DNA from: Oopsacas minuta
Taxonomy: Eukaryota > Animalia > Porifera
Assembly (NCBI GenBank): GCA_024704765.1
Contig: JAKMXF010000030.1
Coordinates: 1-64,000, forward strand
DNA: 64,000 nucleotides
Direction of reading: 5' to 3'
Of this stretch, positions 38,335-50,642 are shown one piece after another. How positions within the stretch are numbered: position 1 is the first letter of the stretch; each line of letters opens with the position of its first letter. The notes under the pieces were generated by a model that did not search any database, had not been told where the DNA came from, and saw only the letters and a program-made list of their open reading frames with translations. The position numbers and the translations under genes were made by a program.

Positions 38335-41300
38335 ATGAGCGCCATACTTAGTGGCGGTTATTTTACTACATGGTATATAAATAACAACCAATCATATTCA
38401 TTGCTTGTAAACTGTTCTAAAATTAGAATAATGTGTGAAAAATTTCCCTCACAAAATCTGGAGATTACTATAGTATATCAGAGGATGGATGCCCCCCGTC
38501 CAGAGATCCAACTCCTGTCTATACAGGTCCGTGAGGTGCAGGACCATCAACTGGCGTACTCCAGATTCAAGTCGTCTGTCTGTCGGTTATTTCAGCTCCC
38601 TAAGTCGACCCCCTTCATGATAAAGGATACTGTCTCTGGAGCTAAAATGACGCGAGATAGATTCTCAGAATATTTGAAGTCGAAATCATTTCCGTTAGTC
38701 TGGCGGATGATAACAGCTCTCCCGGGGGAGGAGGGTGTTAATAAGATCACCCTCTCACAGATGGACTCTTGTGCAACAGGGACAACAGACTCATCCACCA
38801 ATACCCTAGACCTGTCCCCTCAACAGACACCCAAGACCATAATAGATACAAATCAGTTACATTCCATTGCTCGTACTTTATCACTAGGGTGGAATGAACA
38901 TACAAATACTTACGGTTTGGAAACTAAAACTATACAAATTCCTAACTCAGGGAAACAGCTGATATTCATATCAAAGCGCGCCCAAAACCTATCAGTTTCC
39001 CCGCCACCAGCTGGCCAATCATCTCTCTCAGTCGGGGACCTAATTCTTAAAATAGAAGGGAGGTCTGTGACTGATATGAGTAGAGAGGAGATAGGGATTC
39101 ATTTGAACTACCCCTTGGCTAATTTGAGGTCCATTTCTCTGGGTATTGTCCCTTGGACAGAGACCCCTCAGGACATTAAAGATATCATATCAGAGGCTAT
39201 TGGATATGAACTAGAACCTACTTCTAATCAGGGACTAACACCTAATCAAGTGGATGTAACCGAGAGATTACCTACTACTAATTCGGAACCTAATTTCTGG
39301 ACAATCCCTGTATCCTCAATAGATGATCCTATATCTCCTGAACCAATCAAGACTCCTAACACCTCTCCTCGCAAGAGAAAAGCTAGATATCCATTCTCCA
39401 CTGGATCAGCTGTTGAGCTAGTTTCACAGAACAGAAGTCCAAATAAGAAAATGGGTATTCTAACCGGAACTAAAGGAAGAACCAGGGCTCTGTCCTCTTG
39501 TACCCGATCAGATTCTTTCAATTATATTCCTTCAGATCCGTTGTCATCATGTCCCGTATCAGAGCCAACTGTACCTCCTCCTGAACAGCCAATTAACACC
39601 TCTGATATTGGATTGTTAGCTAGTTCCACTGAAAATATCCCTAAACTGCTTTCTGATACTAACAACAAACAGGAACTATCAAATACCTCCTCTGATGGTC
39701 AGAATCTATTCAAAGATGACTTCTTACTGGAACCAAATCAAATATCAGCTGATACCAATGTGGAACTAACTTTAGTACCAAGTAGGGAGTTACTAGTGGA
39801 TTCTAACCCAGAGGAAACTACAATTGCTCATCAGCTGATTAGACAAGAATTATCAGCTGATATCAATCCGGAACTAAGTGATGAACCGGAACTCCCAGAA
39901 GTGCCCGATAATTCTAAACCAGAACTAAATGAAATACTGGATGATACAGTACCTGAAGTTACCATGACACATTCTGAAGTATTTCCACAACTAACTTTAG
40001 TTCCATTTGACATGAATCCAGAACTAATATCAGCTGATACTAAATTGGAACTAAGTGAGAATTCAGCTGATATCAATCCGGAAGTGACTTTAGTTCCATT
40101 TGACATGAATCCAGAACTAATATCAGCTTATACCAAAACGGAACTAAGTAAGAATTCAGCTGATATCAATCCAGAAGTGACTTTAGTTTCATATTTACAG
40201 AATTCAGACCTTGATCACTCCCCTGTGTCCAATTTAGACCCCTTCCCTTCTCCCCCACAACCTCCTATCAGGATCAAATTGTCCCCTCTTGGTCCGAAGT
40301 TCTCTCGCTCAGCTTCTGACAGCAAAACTAACCGTTTAATGCTCAGACAGTTTGGTTCTGGTTCAAGTTCCTCTGACATGGATACAGAAGATACGACAGG
40401 AATGCATTATGTCACAGATCCACCAAATGTTGAAGAGAAGTATAATATACTTAATCACCCCTTCGAGCCATTTGACGACACATTTCAGCCACCTAAAACC
40501 ACTTCACACCTCAAGGTTTCACAGAAACAGCATAGTTCCAGAATGACGTCACTAGAAAAATTCGATTCATTCCGTAGATTTCTAACAAACTCTAAATCAG
40601 AGAATTATGACTTGTCAGCGAATATGCCAATTGTGTCAGATCTTAACACCACAATTGTGTCCAATTCTTGCACGGAATTCATTAACCCAAGTTTCCAGGG
40701 ATCTGTCCATGGGGTCTACCGGTCCTTTGATATGACAGAAAAGTCACACCCTAGGAAACCATCCTCTAAGAGGCGAGTTTCACACCTTGAGGCATTCGAA
40801 ATGGACACTTTTAAGGATGTACAATCTACCAATGATATTGCATATTATTCAACTGATGAATCTGATTATGAGAATGATGATTCACATTTTCACACCTCTA
40901 GACACATGACCGCTGTACCCATTGGTCTAATCACCCCAGTGAGACCCCGAAAACTTGCCGTCAATCGAGACCCTGACCCCAGACCGCTTTCAGGTACCGG
41001 AATCCCCCGCTCAAATTCAGAGGCCTCGAATTTGAGCGGGGGATTCTATGAAGATGAAGCTAATGGCGTCACAATCCGAGCCAGACTCATGCGTAAACAG
41101 AAAGCCATGTTGTCATCACCTCACGTAACAGCTGATAGCATGGATTACTTTAACACCCCTGCCTCTCCTCCCCAACTACCAAATGGTAACAGAAGGAATT
41201 TCATCTCAGAGACTGTTAAAGTTAATAAATCAAGTTTGTACTCTGGCAAACCTTCTGAATTTGTACACCCCGCATACCGTCCATACCAGTCAATCGGTAA

Positions 41301-42963
41301 CATGGAGATTACTGAAAGAATGTGTGATAAACTGAGGGAGAAATTTCAACCAATCACAAACGGGCCTCTCTCCAGAAAACATGAGTTCGACGGTCGTAAT
41401 AGACGAAAAGCACAGGACAGGAGTTGGAAGAACCTCTATGTCCAACTTCATGAGTCTGATCTGATATTCTACAAGTCAGAGGCAGCGTATAATAACGACA
41501 AACCAAACCTTAAGTCCCTGACACGTGACAGAGGTGATCACCACTTCCAATATGACCACATTGTGTCGCTACACCACGCTAAACTATACATTCCAAACGA
41601 CTATATGGCTGTCAAGCGTAACACTACAAGTTATGTATTCAGAATACAGACAGAGAACACGAGTACCTATCTCATACGTGCTCTCTCTCTCCCCCTCATG
41701 TTTGGATGGATTCTATCATTTATTGAGGCTCGTGTCCTCCCTCCTACAGACCATCCGCACTCAATTGGTCTCTTTCAGGACCTAGACAAGCGACAAAAGA
41801 ACACCATTGAGGGGGCGAATAGGTACATACAGCGTATACAACAGAAAATGAGATCTAAACTATTTACACGCAGAGACTCTGAGATCTCTCTGGAACCAAT
41901 TTTCGGACCTTCCATCTTGAAATGTGCACACGCGCGTGAGAACGAAAAAATACCTCTGTTTGTTGAGATGTGTGTGAAGGAGATAGAGGAGAGGGGGATG
42001 GAATCTGATGGGATCTATAGGGTGTCTGGGACAGCTCGAAACATCAAATCTCTCCGTGACGACATGTCTCGTGGAGTTGATATAGATCCAGATGATGAGA
42101 GATGGGCAGATGAGAATAACATAGCAGGCTTATTCAAATTATTCTTTAAGGAACTAACAGAACCATTAGTATCAGCTGATCTCTACAATTCTCTAATTGG
42201 TACTATAAGCAAAACACTTGATTCACAAGGTCAGCTGATTAGAGAGGTACAAAGGTTGATACAATCAATGCCTGACACAAATCTTAACACCTTAGACTAC
42301 GTAGTGGCACATTTGTGTCGTGTGGCACAATGTTCCACTAAGAATCGCATGAGTGTCAGGAACCTAGCAATTGTATTTGGGCCTACTCTGATAACACGGA
42401 GAGACCTGACTAGTATCGAACTTATCAGCCAAACAAATGCCCAGGTATGCATTATGGAACTATTGATTCTACACTATGACCATGTGTTTAACTGCAAACC
42501 AATCAAAGATCAGCTGTTCGATTCCAAAAGGTGTCCGAGTTCTCTATCCACTCACTCAATTGTCCGTCAGTCACGGAATTCTACTTCTGGGTTTCCAGGT
42601 GATAAGATCCGCCGCGTGTCGAGTACAGATCCTCCTCTCCCTTCTACAACACCTCCGCCCCCCTATCCTGATCCTCATGAACCCCTGGATTCCAAATTGT
42701 CCCGCTCATGGAGCGAGGAGGTACTGACGAGGGTAAATATAATCGGTGAATCATTCGGGAGTGAATTATTCAGGGGCAGCCCAACCGAAGCCATTAACAC
42801 CTCTTCAACTCTCCCCAGAGGACGCTCAGGCCACTCCCCAATAGAGCAGACGATCCCCCATCCCCTCAGCAACACCCACTGGCACATCCCTCTTGATCAT
42901 ATCCCTCCATCTATTGTCCGAATAGATCGCTCCAATTCTAAAAAGAATTCTACATTTTTCTAA
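38335..42963 (+). CDS. ARHGAP21: ARHGAP21/23-like RhoGAP (PDZ + PH + RhoGAP), single long exon
   Basis: PDZ LSVGDLILKIEGRSV. PH GPLSRKH..DRSWKNLYVQLHESDLIFYK. RhoGAP IPLFVEMCVKEIEERG..GIYRVSG..W.D.NNIAGLFKLFFKELTEPL..NRMSVRNLAIVFGPTL. Start could be 38335, 38431 or 38485. Confidence 0.85.
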   Translation: MSAILSGGYFTTWYINNNQSYSLLVNCSKIRIMCEKFPSQNLEITIVYQRMDAPRPEIQLLSIQVREVQDHQLAYSRFKSSVCRLFQLPKSTPFMIKDTVSGAKMTRDRFSEYLKSKSFPLVWRMITALPGEEGVNKITLSQMDSCATGTTDSSTNTLDLSPQQTPKTIIDTNQLHSIARTLSLGWNEHTNTYGLETKTIQIPNSGKQLIFISKRAQNLSVSPPPAGQSSLSVGDLILKIEGRSVTDMSREEIGIHLNYPLANLRSISLGIVPWTETPQDIKDIISEAIGYELEPTSNQGLTPNQVDVTERLPTTNSEPNFWTIPVSSIDDPISPEPIKTPNTSPRKRKARYPFSTGSAVELVSQNRSPNKKMGILTGTKGRTRALSSCTRSDSFNYIPSDPLSSCPVSEPTVPPPEQPINTSDIGLLASSTENIPKLLSDTNNKQELSNTSSDGQNLFKDDFLLEPNQISADTNVELTLVPSRELLVDSNPEETTIAHQLIRQELSADINPELSDEPELPEVPDNSKPELNEILDDTVPEVTMTHSEVFPQLTLVPFDMNPELISADTKLELSENSADINPEVTLVPFDMNPELISAYTKTELSKNSADINPEVTLVSYLQNSDLDHSPVSNLDPFPSPPQPPIRIKLSPLGPKFSRSASDSKTNRLMLRQFGSGSSSSDMDTEDTTGMHYVTDPPNVEEKYNILNHPFEPFDDTFQPPKTTSHLKVSQKQHSSRMTSLEKFDSFRRFLTNSKSENYDLSANMPIVSDLNTTIVSNSCTEFINPSFQGSVHGVYRSFDMTEKSHPRKPSSKRRVSHLEAFEMDTFKDVQSTNDIAYYSTDESDYENDDSHFHTSRHMTAVPIGLITPVRPRKLAVNRDPDPRPLSGTGIPRSNSEASNLSGGFYEDEANGVTIRARLMRKQKAMLSSPHVTADSMDYFNTPASPPQLPNGNRRNFISETVKVNKSSLYSGKPSEFVHPAYRPYQSIGNMEITERMCDKLREKFQPITNGPLSRKHEFDGRNRRKAQDRSWKNLYVQLHESDLIFYKSEAAYNNDKPNLKSLTRDRGDHHFQYDHIVSLHHAKLYIPNDYMAVKRNTTSYVFRIQTENTSTYLIRALSLPLMFGWILSFIEARVLPPTDHPHSIGLFQDLDKRQKNTIEGANRYIQRIQQKMRSKLFTRRDSEISLEPIFGPSILKCAHARENEKIPLFVEMCVKEIEERGMESDGIYRVSGTARNIKSLRDDMSRGVDIDPDDERWADENNIAGLFKLFFKELTEPLVSADLYNSLIGTISKTLDSQGQLIREVQRLIQSMPDTNLNTLDYVVAHLCRVAQCSTKNRMSVRNLAIVFGPTLITRRDLTSIELISQTNAQVCIMELLILHYDHVFNCKPIKDQLFDSKRCPSSLSTHSIVRQSRNSTSGFPGDKIRRVSSTDPPLPSTTPPPPYPDPHEPLDSKLSRSWSEEVLTRVNIIGESFGSELFRGSPTEAINTSSTLPRGRSGHSPIEQTIPHPLSNTHWHIPLDHIPPSIVRIDRSNSKKNSTFF

Positions 42964-43237
42964 TTTGCCACCAGAGCATGTAAATAGCAGATAAATCTGT
43001 AATATTTTATTCATTTAATTATGACAGTATGATATACTTATTATGGGTCTATTCACACCTGATTTTGGTAATATACAAACTGTGTTTGTTACAAATATAG
43101 ATATTATAAAATAAACGACAATATCTAGTGATTAATAACATTCCGAACTCAATTAATAACTTCAAAAGTGTTAATCATAATTATATAAACTAATCTTGAT
43201 GGAATCCATGGTCCAAATTTGAATTATAATTATATTA

Positions 43238-43427
43238 CAGTGTATACCGGTATAAATATACAGGAATATATGAGAACCCTCTTCCAGAGGATGGTGCTTA
43301 TAACCGGTATAAACCGTCTTCCAGAGGATGGTGCTTATAACCGGTATAAACCGTCTTCCAGAGGATGGTGCTTATAACCGGTATAAACCGTCTTCCAGAG
43401 GATGGTGCTTATAACCGGTATATACTG
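43238..43427. mobile_element. pogo/Tc1-like MITE copy with internal 37-bp tandem amplification (about 4 units, 43275-43422)
   Basis: Begins TA-CAGTGTATACCGG and ends CCGGTATATACTG. Unit AACCGTCTTCCAGAGGATGGTGCTTATAACCGGTATA. Homologous to 53497-53610. Confidence 0.7.
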
Positions 43428-43596
43428 TGTTTGTGATTATTTGATACTATCCATAGTCCATACAGATTATGATTTAATTTCTCGAATTCCGCTCTCTCAG
43501 ATTTTGAGCCATTTGTGTCAAGCCACTTTACGCCACTTTATACTTTCAAGTTTATTCGACACAAAATTATTTGTCAAAACAGTTCATAAATACGCA

Positions 43597-43863
43597 AACT
43601 ATAAACAGCTGTTTGCTATTAATCTTATCCATATATAGCGACACAATTCTAACACTTATATATTTCCTCTTAACTTAATTAACTCTGTAACAAACAAACA
43701 AACAAATGTTCTTATCTTATACTTTAAAACAATATAATCATATTTTCACACCTTCGTCATTTCTAAGAGGACACATGAATACTCACAGATATCACTTATC
43801 GTATTCATGATTATATAACTATTCTAAAGGTGACAAGTTAATTGGTTTAGTTCCAATTTAAAT
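43597..43863. repeat. 267-bp inverted duplicate, copy 1 (copy 2 at 51019-51285)
   Basis: The reverse complement aligns by eye along its length, with few mismatches, to 51019-51285. Confidence 0.9.
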
Positions 43864-44044
43864 CTAAACTCTGGTAACATTTGTAAAGATTCTCTTATAC
43901 TTTTGTCTCTGATTAACAAATAATAATTGAAAACCAAATTTTGACACTTAATCATAATTTTACGCGGGGATTCGTATATATTATAATTACAAATATTTAA
44001 TTGTGATCAGAGGTCAGATAGATTAAATAATAATAATAATAATA

Positions 44045-44291
44045 CACTGCCTGGCCAAAAGTATTGGAACACTGTTTACAACTTGTGCACAAGTGGCATT
44101 AGATGAGAATATGTTGAAAGATTCTATGGATATTCCAGAAAGTAGAACAATAGCTTGTTATCATTCGTTTTATGATATATTTATGTTCAAAATTTTTGAA
44201 ACCATCTTTAGCTTATACAACTATGGTAGCATACCCTTTGTTTCAGGTATTAATTGTGGCAGGGTGTTCCAATACTTTTGGCCAGGCAGTG
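44045..44291. mobile_element. Tc1/mariner non-autonomous MITE, 247 bp
   Basis: Perfect 28-bp TIR CACTGCCTGGCCAAAAGTATTGGAACAC (44045-44072 / 44264-44291) flanked by TA on both sides. Confidence 0.9.
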
Positions 44292-44636
44292 TATGTAACG
44301 AATACCTGATATACCCGCTTAAAATTATAGATCATGTTCTCCCGCTTATATATTATCATTTTGGCGCCTTAATTGTATATATTCCTCTCATAATTCATCG
44401 TTTTAGCGCCTATAATTTTGTCTAATTCTATCTAGAGGTGACAGACAATTGCTTCTTAGTCCAGACCAATCAAAGTATACATTATGCTTTATGGACTCCT
44501 GGCATGTAGGTGTGAAATTATATTATGGAACTATAACTAATCATATTCAAGATTTTACTTAACAACCATATCCATCTCAAGAATTCGAAGATTGTACAGT
44601 TTCTTGGCTATGAGACAATTATCCACAAACCTGATA

Positions 44637-44721
44637 CAATGAAACCTCGTTAATACGTACTCCGGATAAGGAGTACAAATCTCGACGGTCCCTTGGTGTA
44701 CGTATTGACGAAGTTCTACTG
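44637..44721. mobile_element. pogo/Tigger-like mini-MITE, 85 bp
   Basis: Imperfect 24-bp TIRs CAATGAAACCTCGTTAATACGTAC / GTACGTATTGACGAAGTTCTACTG with TA flanks. Confidence 0.7.
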
Positions 44722-47350
44722 TAATATGATAAATCACCCAAATAGGATAACCGCCCATAACACATCCTTATTAAAGATATATAACTATTCTTGCATTTTG
44801 TTTGAGTGTAATTATTGTGTTGAGGGTTGTAACAGGTGTGAGGTGGTTTGTAGGTGGAACAGATATTAAACCTGTGTTTACCATCAAAGATAGGAAATTG
44901 CTTTTATAAAAGAAGTTAAAAACATAACTGAAAAACAAATGTGTATGTGCATATTAGGCGCGTACTTGTACATGTTAAGCGCATCTTTTATATTTTAAGC
45001 GCGTACTCAATAGTTTAGGCGCGCTAATTAACTCTGATTGAATGGAAATTTATTCAAATTTGAATCAATAATTCTTCCTTGTATTCTTGTGTGTACAGAT
45101 TACACACCTTATCGTATCGTTATCAATAATGGATTATTTGTTTTGAGACAACTGGTACAGCTGATTCGAATGATCTATTCGTGTTTGTCTGGTATGCCCT
45201 GTAAACAAATAGTGATACAAATAAACAATATTGTTAAGTGAATTGATATAAGGGACAATACGATAATAAGGTTAAAGTCTGTTGTGATTATTTACAAAGA
45301 ATGTTACAGATAGTTCCAGTACACAGCAACCAGAATTTTTGCAATAGAGCAAAATTTGAATATTTACCCGCGCAATTTCTGAGAAAACTGCCGTATATCT
45401 TGCCCAATCAGATTAGAGGGTCTACCTAATACTTCTAAGCTGATATTCCATTGGTCAATTGATTCCATAGTACACGTAATACTAAAAATTCCTAATTGCT
45501 TATCCTACATATTTTAAGGTGTCATATAAATCTAATTATAGTATAAGCTAAAATTCTGTAATATATTCTGGAGAATAATCTCTGGATTGTGGCCACACCT
45601 ATCATTTATGACTCATATCATGTAACATAAAGTCTGCTGTCGATAATTTGTGAATTTTAAGCATTATTATATTGCTCCTATGTTTCTTCGATTAATTGGT
45701 TCCATGTGGAACCAAGATGCCGTCGGCATTTATACATTGTCCATACCTCCCCTGTCTGGACTGGAGGAGGAGTTTGATAGGAACTTCGCCCTAACCGTCC
45801 GCACAGGGCCGTCATAGTCACAATTCAATTGTTTCTATCTGTATAGTTAATGAATGAATGAATTATAACATGTGGCAGTGCCACAATATGCCACAATTTC
45901 GATGGGTTCCTTTTCATCTATAGTACCGAATAATAGATGGTTTCAATATGAATATGTGTTAATTGAATTTATATGACAGTTCAGTGTTGTTACATTGTAA
46001 AGAGTCGTTTAACTACTTGACAACCAGTTTGGAATGTTATACGCGTTCCTACGTATTATATTGGAGTAACACGAATTCTTTCGTGGTAACTAAGCAACTG
46101 CTGCTATTTACGTAACTGCGAAGATTTTAAGCGCCGAAAATTGTAGTCTTTATTATTGACAGTCAGCTGGTTTATAAATCAAACAGTTGACTAGTTAATT
46201 CATTCATTAACTACTGAATAACACTTGATTATTCACACCTAACGGAATAATAATATTTCTTTCTTCTTCTGAAGTTCTGAGGTTATGGTTTCGAGCGCAA
46301 AACTAATTAAGTTTGATTGAAACTACCGCACTTTTGTCTATCATTCTTTTATCTATGCTGACATCATAGTTCCAATTGTAACTATAACGTGTGATGATTT
46401 ATATGGTCCCTTTGTGGGGGAAATTCTAAATTCTGGATTTGGAAATGTTTTCAATATTTATATTCAATTCTAATCATTTTCAAATCGTAAATTATATATC
46501 CATATATGGAACTATTTTATATACATATGGAACTATAAATTGCCTTCATTTCTGCTGATAAAACACCAATCAGATACCTTTCTTTAGTTCCAATCCACTT
46601 GTGATAATATTTCTAATTAATATACAATTATTAAGGACCTTTATTAGGACTCACACGAATTAAACCTAGATATTCAAACTGAAACTATAGAACACCTGCA
46701 TTCAGTTAGTTCCTATTTAGGGGAAAGTTTGTAACCTGAGGGCCACACTTGTGATGTCGGGTACACAAGGACAATGGGCGTAGCAGAACAGGATGTAGGG
46801 ATGCACAACCTGTCAAATTCTAAGGGGGGCAGGTCTCATACGTATCGTGGGATCATAAGGGCTCCATGGGGGCAAGATATTGGGTACAATATAAGGTCTA
46901 TTTGTTCCAAGAATAAAATGCTATTTCCAAAACATTTTTCTCGCTTTTTGCCGCGTCATACAGGATTTTGGCGCTCAGAGATAGCTTATACTGAGAAATA
47001 TTTTCCAATTTTCGGCGCCAAATAGATAATTCAGGCGCTAAACTGAACTCAGCTTCTTACAGGAAAATAATTTGGTATTATAAGTGGCAGCTTATGATTA
47101 AATTGTGTCAGATTACCACTATTAGGAAATAATTATAGGAATTATTGAATTCTCAGAAGTGGCAGAGATAATCTTTTGTGACTCCAAATGGTTGCCGACA
47201 CATTTTGCATTCCTAAGTAGCATCTTAACGACGTAATATATCAGCTGATATGAAGCATTTGCAAAATGTAAACACATTTGATATAAATATATTAATTACA
47301 TATTTAGAATTAGGATAATATTATGAATCAGCTGGAAGTAATGTTTAAAA

Positions 47351-49923
47351 CTAGAAATAGACCCGGTTGGCGTTAAGCATTATCCCTTCGTCTGTACTTA
47401 GAGAGGACCGTCCAGAGCTCTCAGAGGTCAAGGAACAATTACTGGAGTTACTCTGTGGGTTTTCTCGCTTTATTTGTTTGCGCACAATTCTGTTTTTGCA
47501 AGTTCTGTTTGTATTTATATGTTTGGGTTTATGCCTAACTCCAACCGAGCTTTTCATTGGTTCATAGTACTCAGAGCTAGAAGTATTGGTACTGCTATTA
47601 GCCGGGAGATTTAATAGTTCCATAGATTTAGAATGGACATCAGGAATGCTGTAGAGGTGTTCTGAGTCTGTAACTCTGTCAATCAGCTGATATCGGAGAG
47701 GATTTAGGCGCTGATCTGTCCCATGTCCCCTTCCTGAACTTGGTTCTCGTACAAATTGCTCTATACCACATCTCACACCTTGTACAGGGAGGGAACTTAA
47801 ATTTCTTGGAAGTGAATTGGCCTTCGAGAAATCCTGTTGAATTTTCAAATTATTAATTTGGGCGGGGTTCAGCTGGTGACTCAAGCTGTGATTTGATTGG
47901 CCAGCTGAGCTAGAATAGGGAGAAGAGCTGTAATTTGATTGGCTCAAAATTTCAGACATGTCACTCGTATCAGCTGATGACAGCTGTTGCCATTTTGATT
48001 GGCTAGTTAGCAGAGGGGTTCTGTTACTATTACTAGCCACATCCAAGTTCTCTAGACTAGCTGCAAACTTTAAGTGGCTATTTTTAGGCATATAAGTGTC
48101 AGGAAATTGAATCTCAGCTAAACAGGGCTGTCTTATTGTTTGTTTGTGCGTATGTGAGTAACTGTTAGAATGCCAATTCTTAGTCTCATCCAGAGACTTT
48201 TTGAAATTGGACACATTTGGCTTGAAGGTGTCAAGTACAGGGGTACCTATCCTAGGGTGAGAGGACAGGGACAGACTACTGTACTTTCCTGTTTCTATAT
48301 TCACATTCCTTCCTGGTGATATCATTGCTATCTTGCTGTGATTTACTGGACTACTATTGAGTGACCGAATATAGTTCTGGTTTTGTGTTCCCAGACTATT
48401 TGCCCGCCCATTTCTAGGCATTGAGAAGGTGTTAGGGGACCCCGTGTACCCGTTATTAATCTTAGGAGTCTTTAAACTAGAATTTTGTAATATTTCTTGT
48501 TTTGTTTCCATTATTCTCCTACACATATGTGGGACTCTGTATACATCACCAGATATGTTCTTTTCATGTGTAATCACTGCCCCTGGGATATCAGCGTATA
48601 AACTGGATATCCTGTCCTCCATTGTACCGATTATAAGGATAGAGGTCTGGAGTGTTACCTGTAGATTATATGTAAATTTTATAACCTAGTAAATATGAAC
48701 AGAATAATTAGTTTCGTATTAGTGAGATATCTGTAGCTCTAGCCTACAACCTTCGGAACAATTTCCAGAGGTTGTAGGCTAGAGCTACAGACTTAAAATT
48801 TGGTAGATAAGTGTGAAAATATGTAACTAATAATATTCTCAAATATCTAACGAAAATATTCACAAATCTACAAGAAAAGCGCAAATAATAAATCAGCCAA
48901 TCAAATTCACGCTCACCTCTTGTGTAAATCTTCCCGCGCATTTACTACATTTTGAGCAAATCACAAAGGAGAATTCTGATTGGTCAAACACGAATGACAC
49001 TATTTGGCTTAGTTTCCATGACAGTAAAGTCTCTTCTGTGATTGGATGAACAAACGCGATGCAATTATTGGTCAAATATATGTTTATTATTGATTGCTCT
49101 TTGAATTTGTTTGCTTTTGTTATTCCGGCGTAAACATCTAAATAAGTAAATAAATATAAAGTGGGGGATTGTCTATTAGCAAGTAGGATTTTTTGCACGA
49201 ATTTCCATTGCTAATACATACTTGCAATCACACAAATACTACATACAGTTAGCTCCTGTTATATCGAAGCTCAAGGGGCGGTCACAATTAACAGATGAAA
49301 ATATATGTTACACTTCGAAGGTTTGGGACCATATTTGTACAATTTGACACTTCTATATATCCGTGTTAGATATAATGGGAGTTGATTGTATTGGTGACTC
49401 ACCATAGAGTGTAGCTTCCCTTAGCTTCGATATCCATCTCTCCAAATAGTCTTTTGTATCAGTACTGAAATGAAAGGAATCATTATCATCACACCTTATT
49501 TGGAAATAATATCCCAGAAAAAATTGTTTATGTTCTCCAGAAGTTATATGCATACTGGCTGGGATTGTTAAAGTACCCTTTAGCTTGCTTTTGGTATCAT
49601 CTTTGTACCACGTGAGGACATATTTCAGGTCTGCATTAGTTGGATTGTGAGTTAGCACAAAATAATATTTCTTCATTTCTGCCTGAATAATTGAAAGAAT
49701 TGTAAATTTTGTTAATTATTGCAAACTTTAAACTTGGAAATTTGATTGGTTGTTTGTTGTTATAATTTGTAATTTATAATGTTTGTTATTAACCAATCAT
49801 TGCAAACATATAACTTGGAAATTTGATTGGTTGTTTGTTGTTATAATTTCTAATACATAAACAGATATAACTAACCTTCCAAAATCTCAGAGGGCCTTTC
49901 TTAAACGTGAGATAACCTTCCAT
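47351..49923 (-). CDS. DOK/IRS/FRS2-like adaptor (PH + IRS-type PTB + tyrosine-rich tail), multi-exon
   Basis: PH MEGYLTFKKG..KKYYFVL..LTWYKD..ERWISKLREA. PTB-like IYLTNNCIAFVHP..LLSWKLSQIVSF..FSF..KC. Tail motifs LYADIP, VYRVP, LYSIP and YYEPM. Confidence 0.65.
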
Positions 49924-50642
49924 ATTATAAATGTATACTTGAGTTAATTTCTATTCTCTTATATACTCTATACACATCAGCATAGTAGACATACATTACT
50001 TTTGGCTACTCAACAGCTATCTTTATTATTACTCAAATATGAACTAATTAGCATGGACAGATTGTTTAGTATTGTTAATACGCGTATTGAAGGTTGTTAA
50101 TGGTTTGATTATTCTAATAGAGTTTAGTGAATATTATTTGTTAATATAATTAACAATATACTCTACTGACATACTTCTATTCTTTGCGAGGCAACATTTC
50201 TACCCAAATAGGATATTAGTCTTATAAACTGGGTAACACTCAATTCTGATAGGTCAAGGATAAGTAAGTATGTATATTTAGCGCCTAATTTGAAGAAACC
50301 CGCATTTTCTCGCCTGAATTTTAAATCACCCGCTCGTATAACCTATTTTATAAATATTTGCGCGCCTAATTTGCAGAAAACCCGCACTTTTCCCGCCTAA
50401 AATACACTTATAAAATTATAAAATCACGCGGGCATCATAAACCCATAATAACACCTCACAGAGCTATATATCATAATAAGAAATATAATATACACAAAAG
50501 ATGACTTTAATTAAATTACAAATACGCCTCTGATAAGATAGTCACTCCTCAAACACAAATATGTAAGGTAATATCCTTATGTAATATATACACATGAGTT
50601 GTATACATGACCTCCTCACAACCTTGTAACTAGTGTGACACT

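Noticed and set aside
44093-47025. Short ORFs 44093-44425, 44555-44758, 45038-45241 and 46774-47025
   Set aside because: No recognisable motifs. They overlap MITEs or AT-rich intergenic DNA and lack a coherent exon chain.
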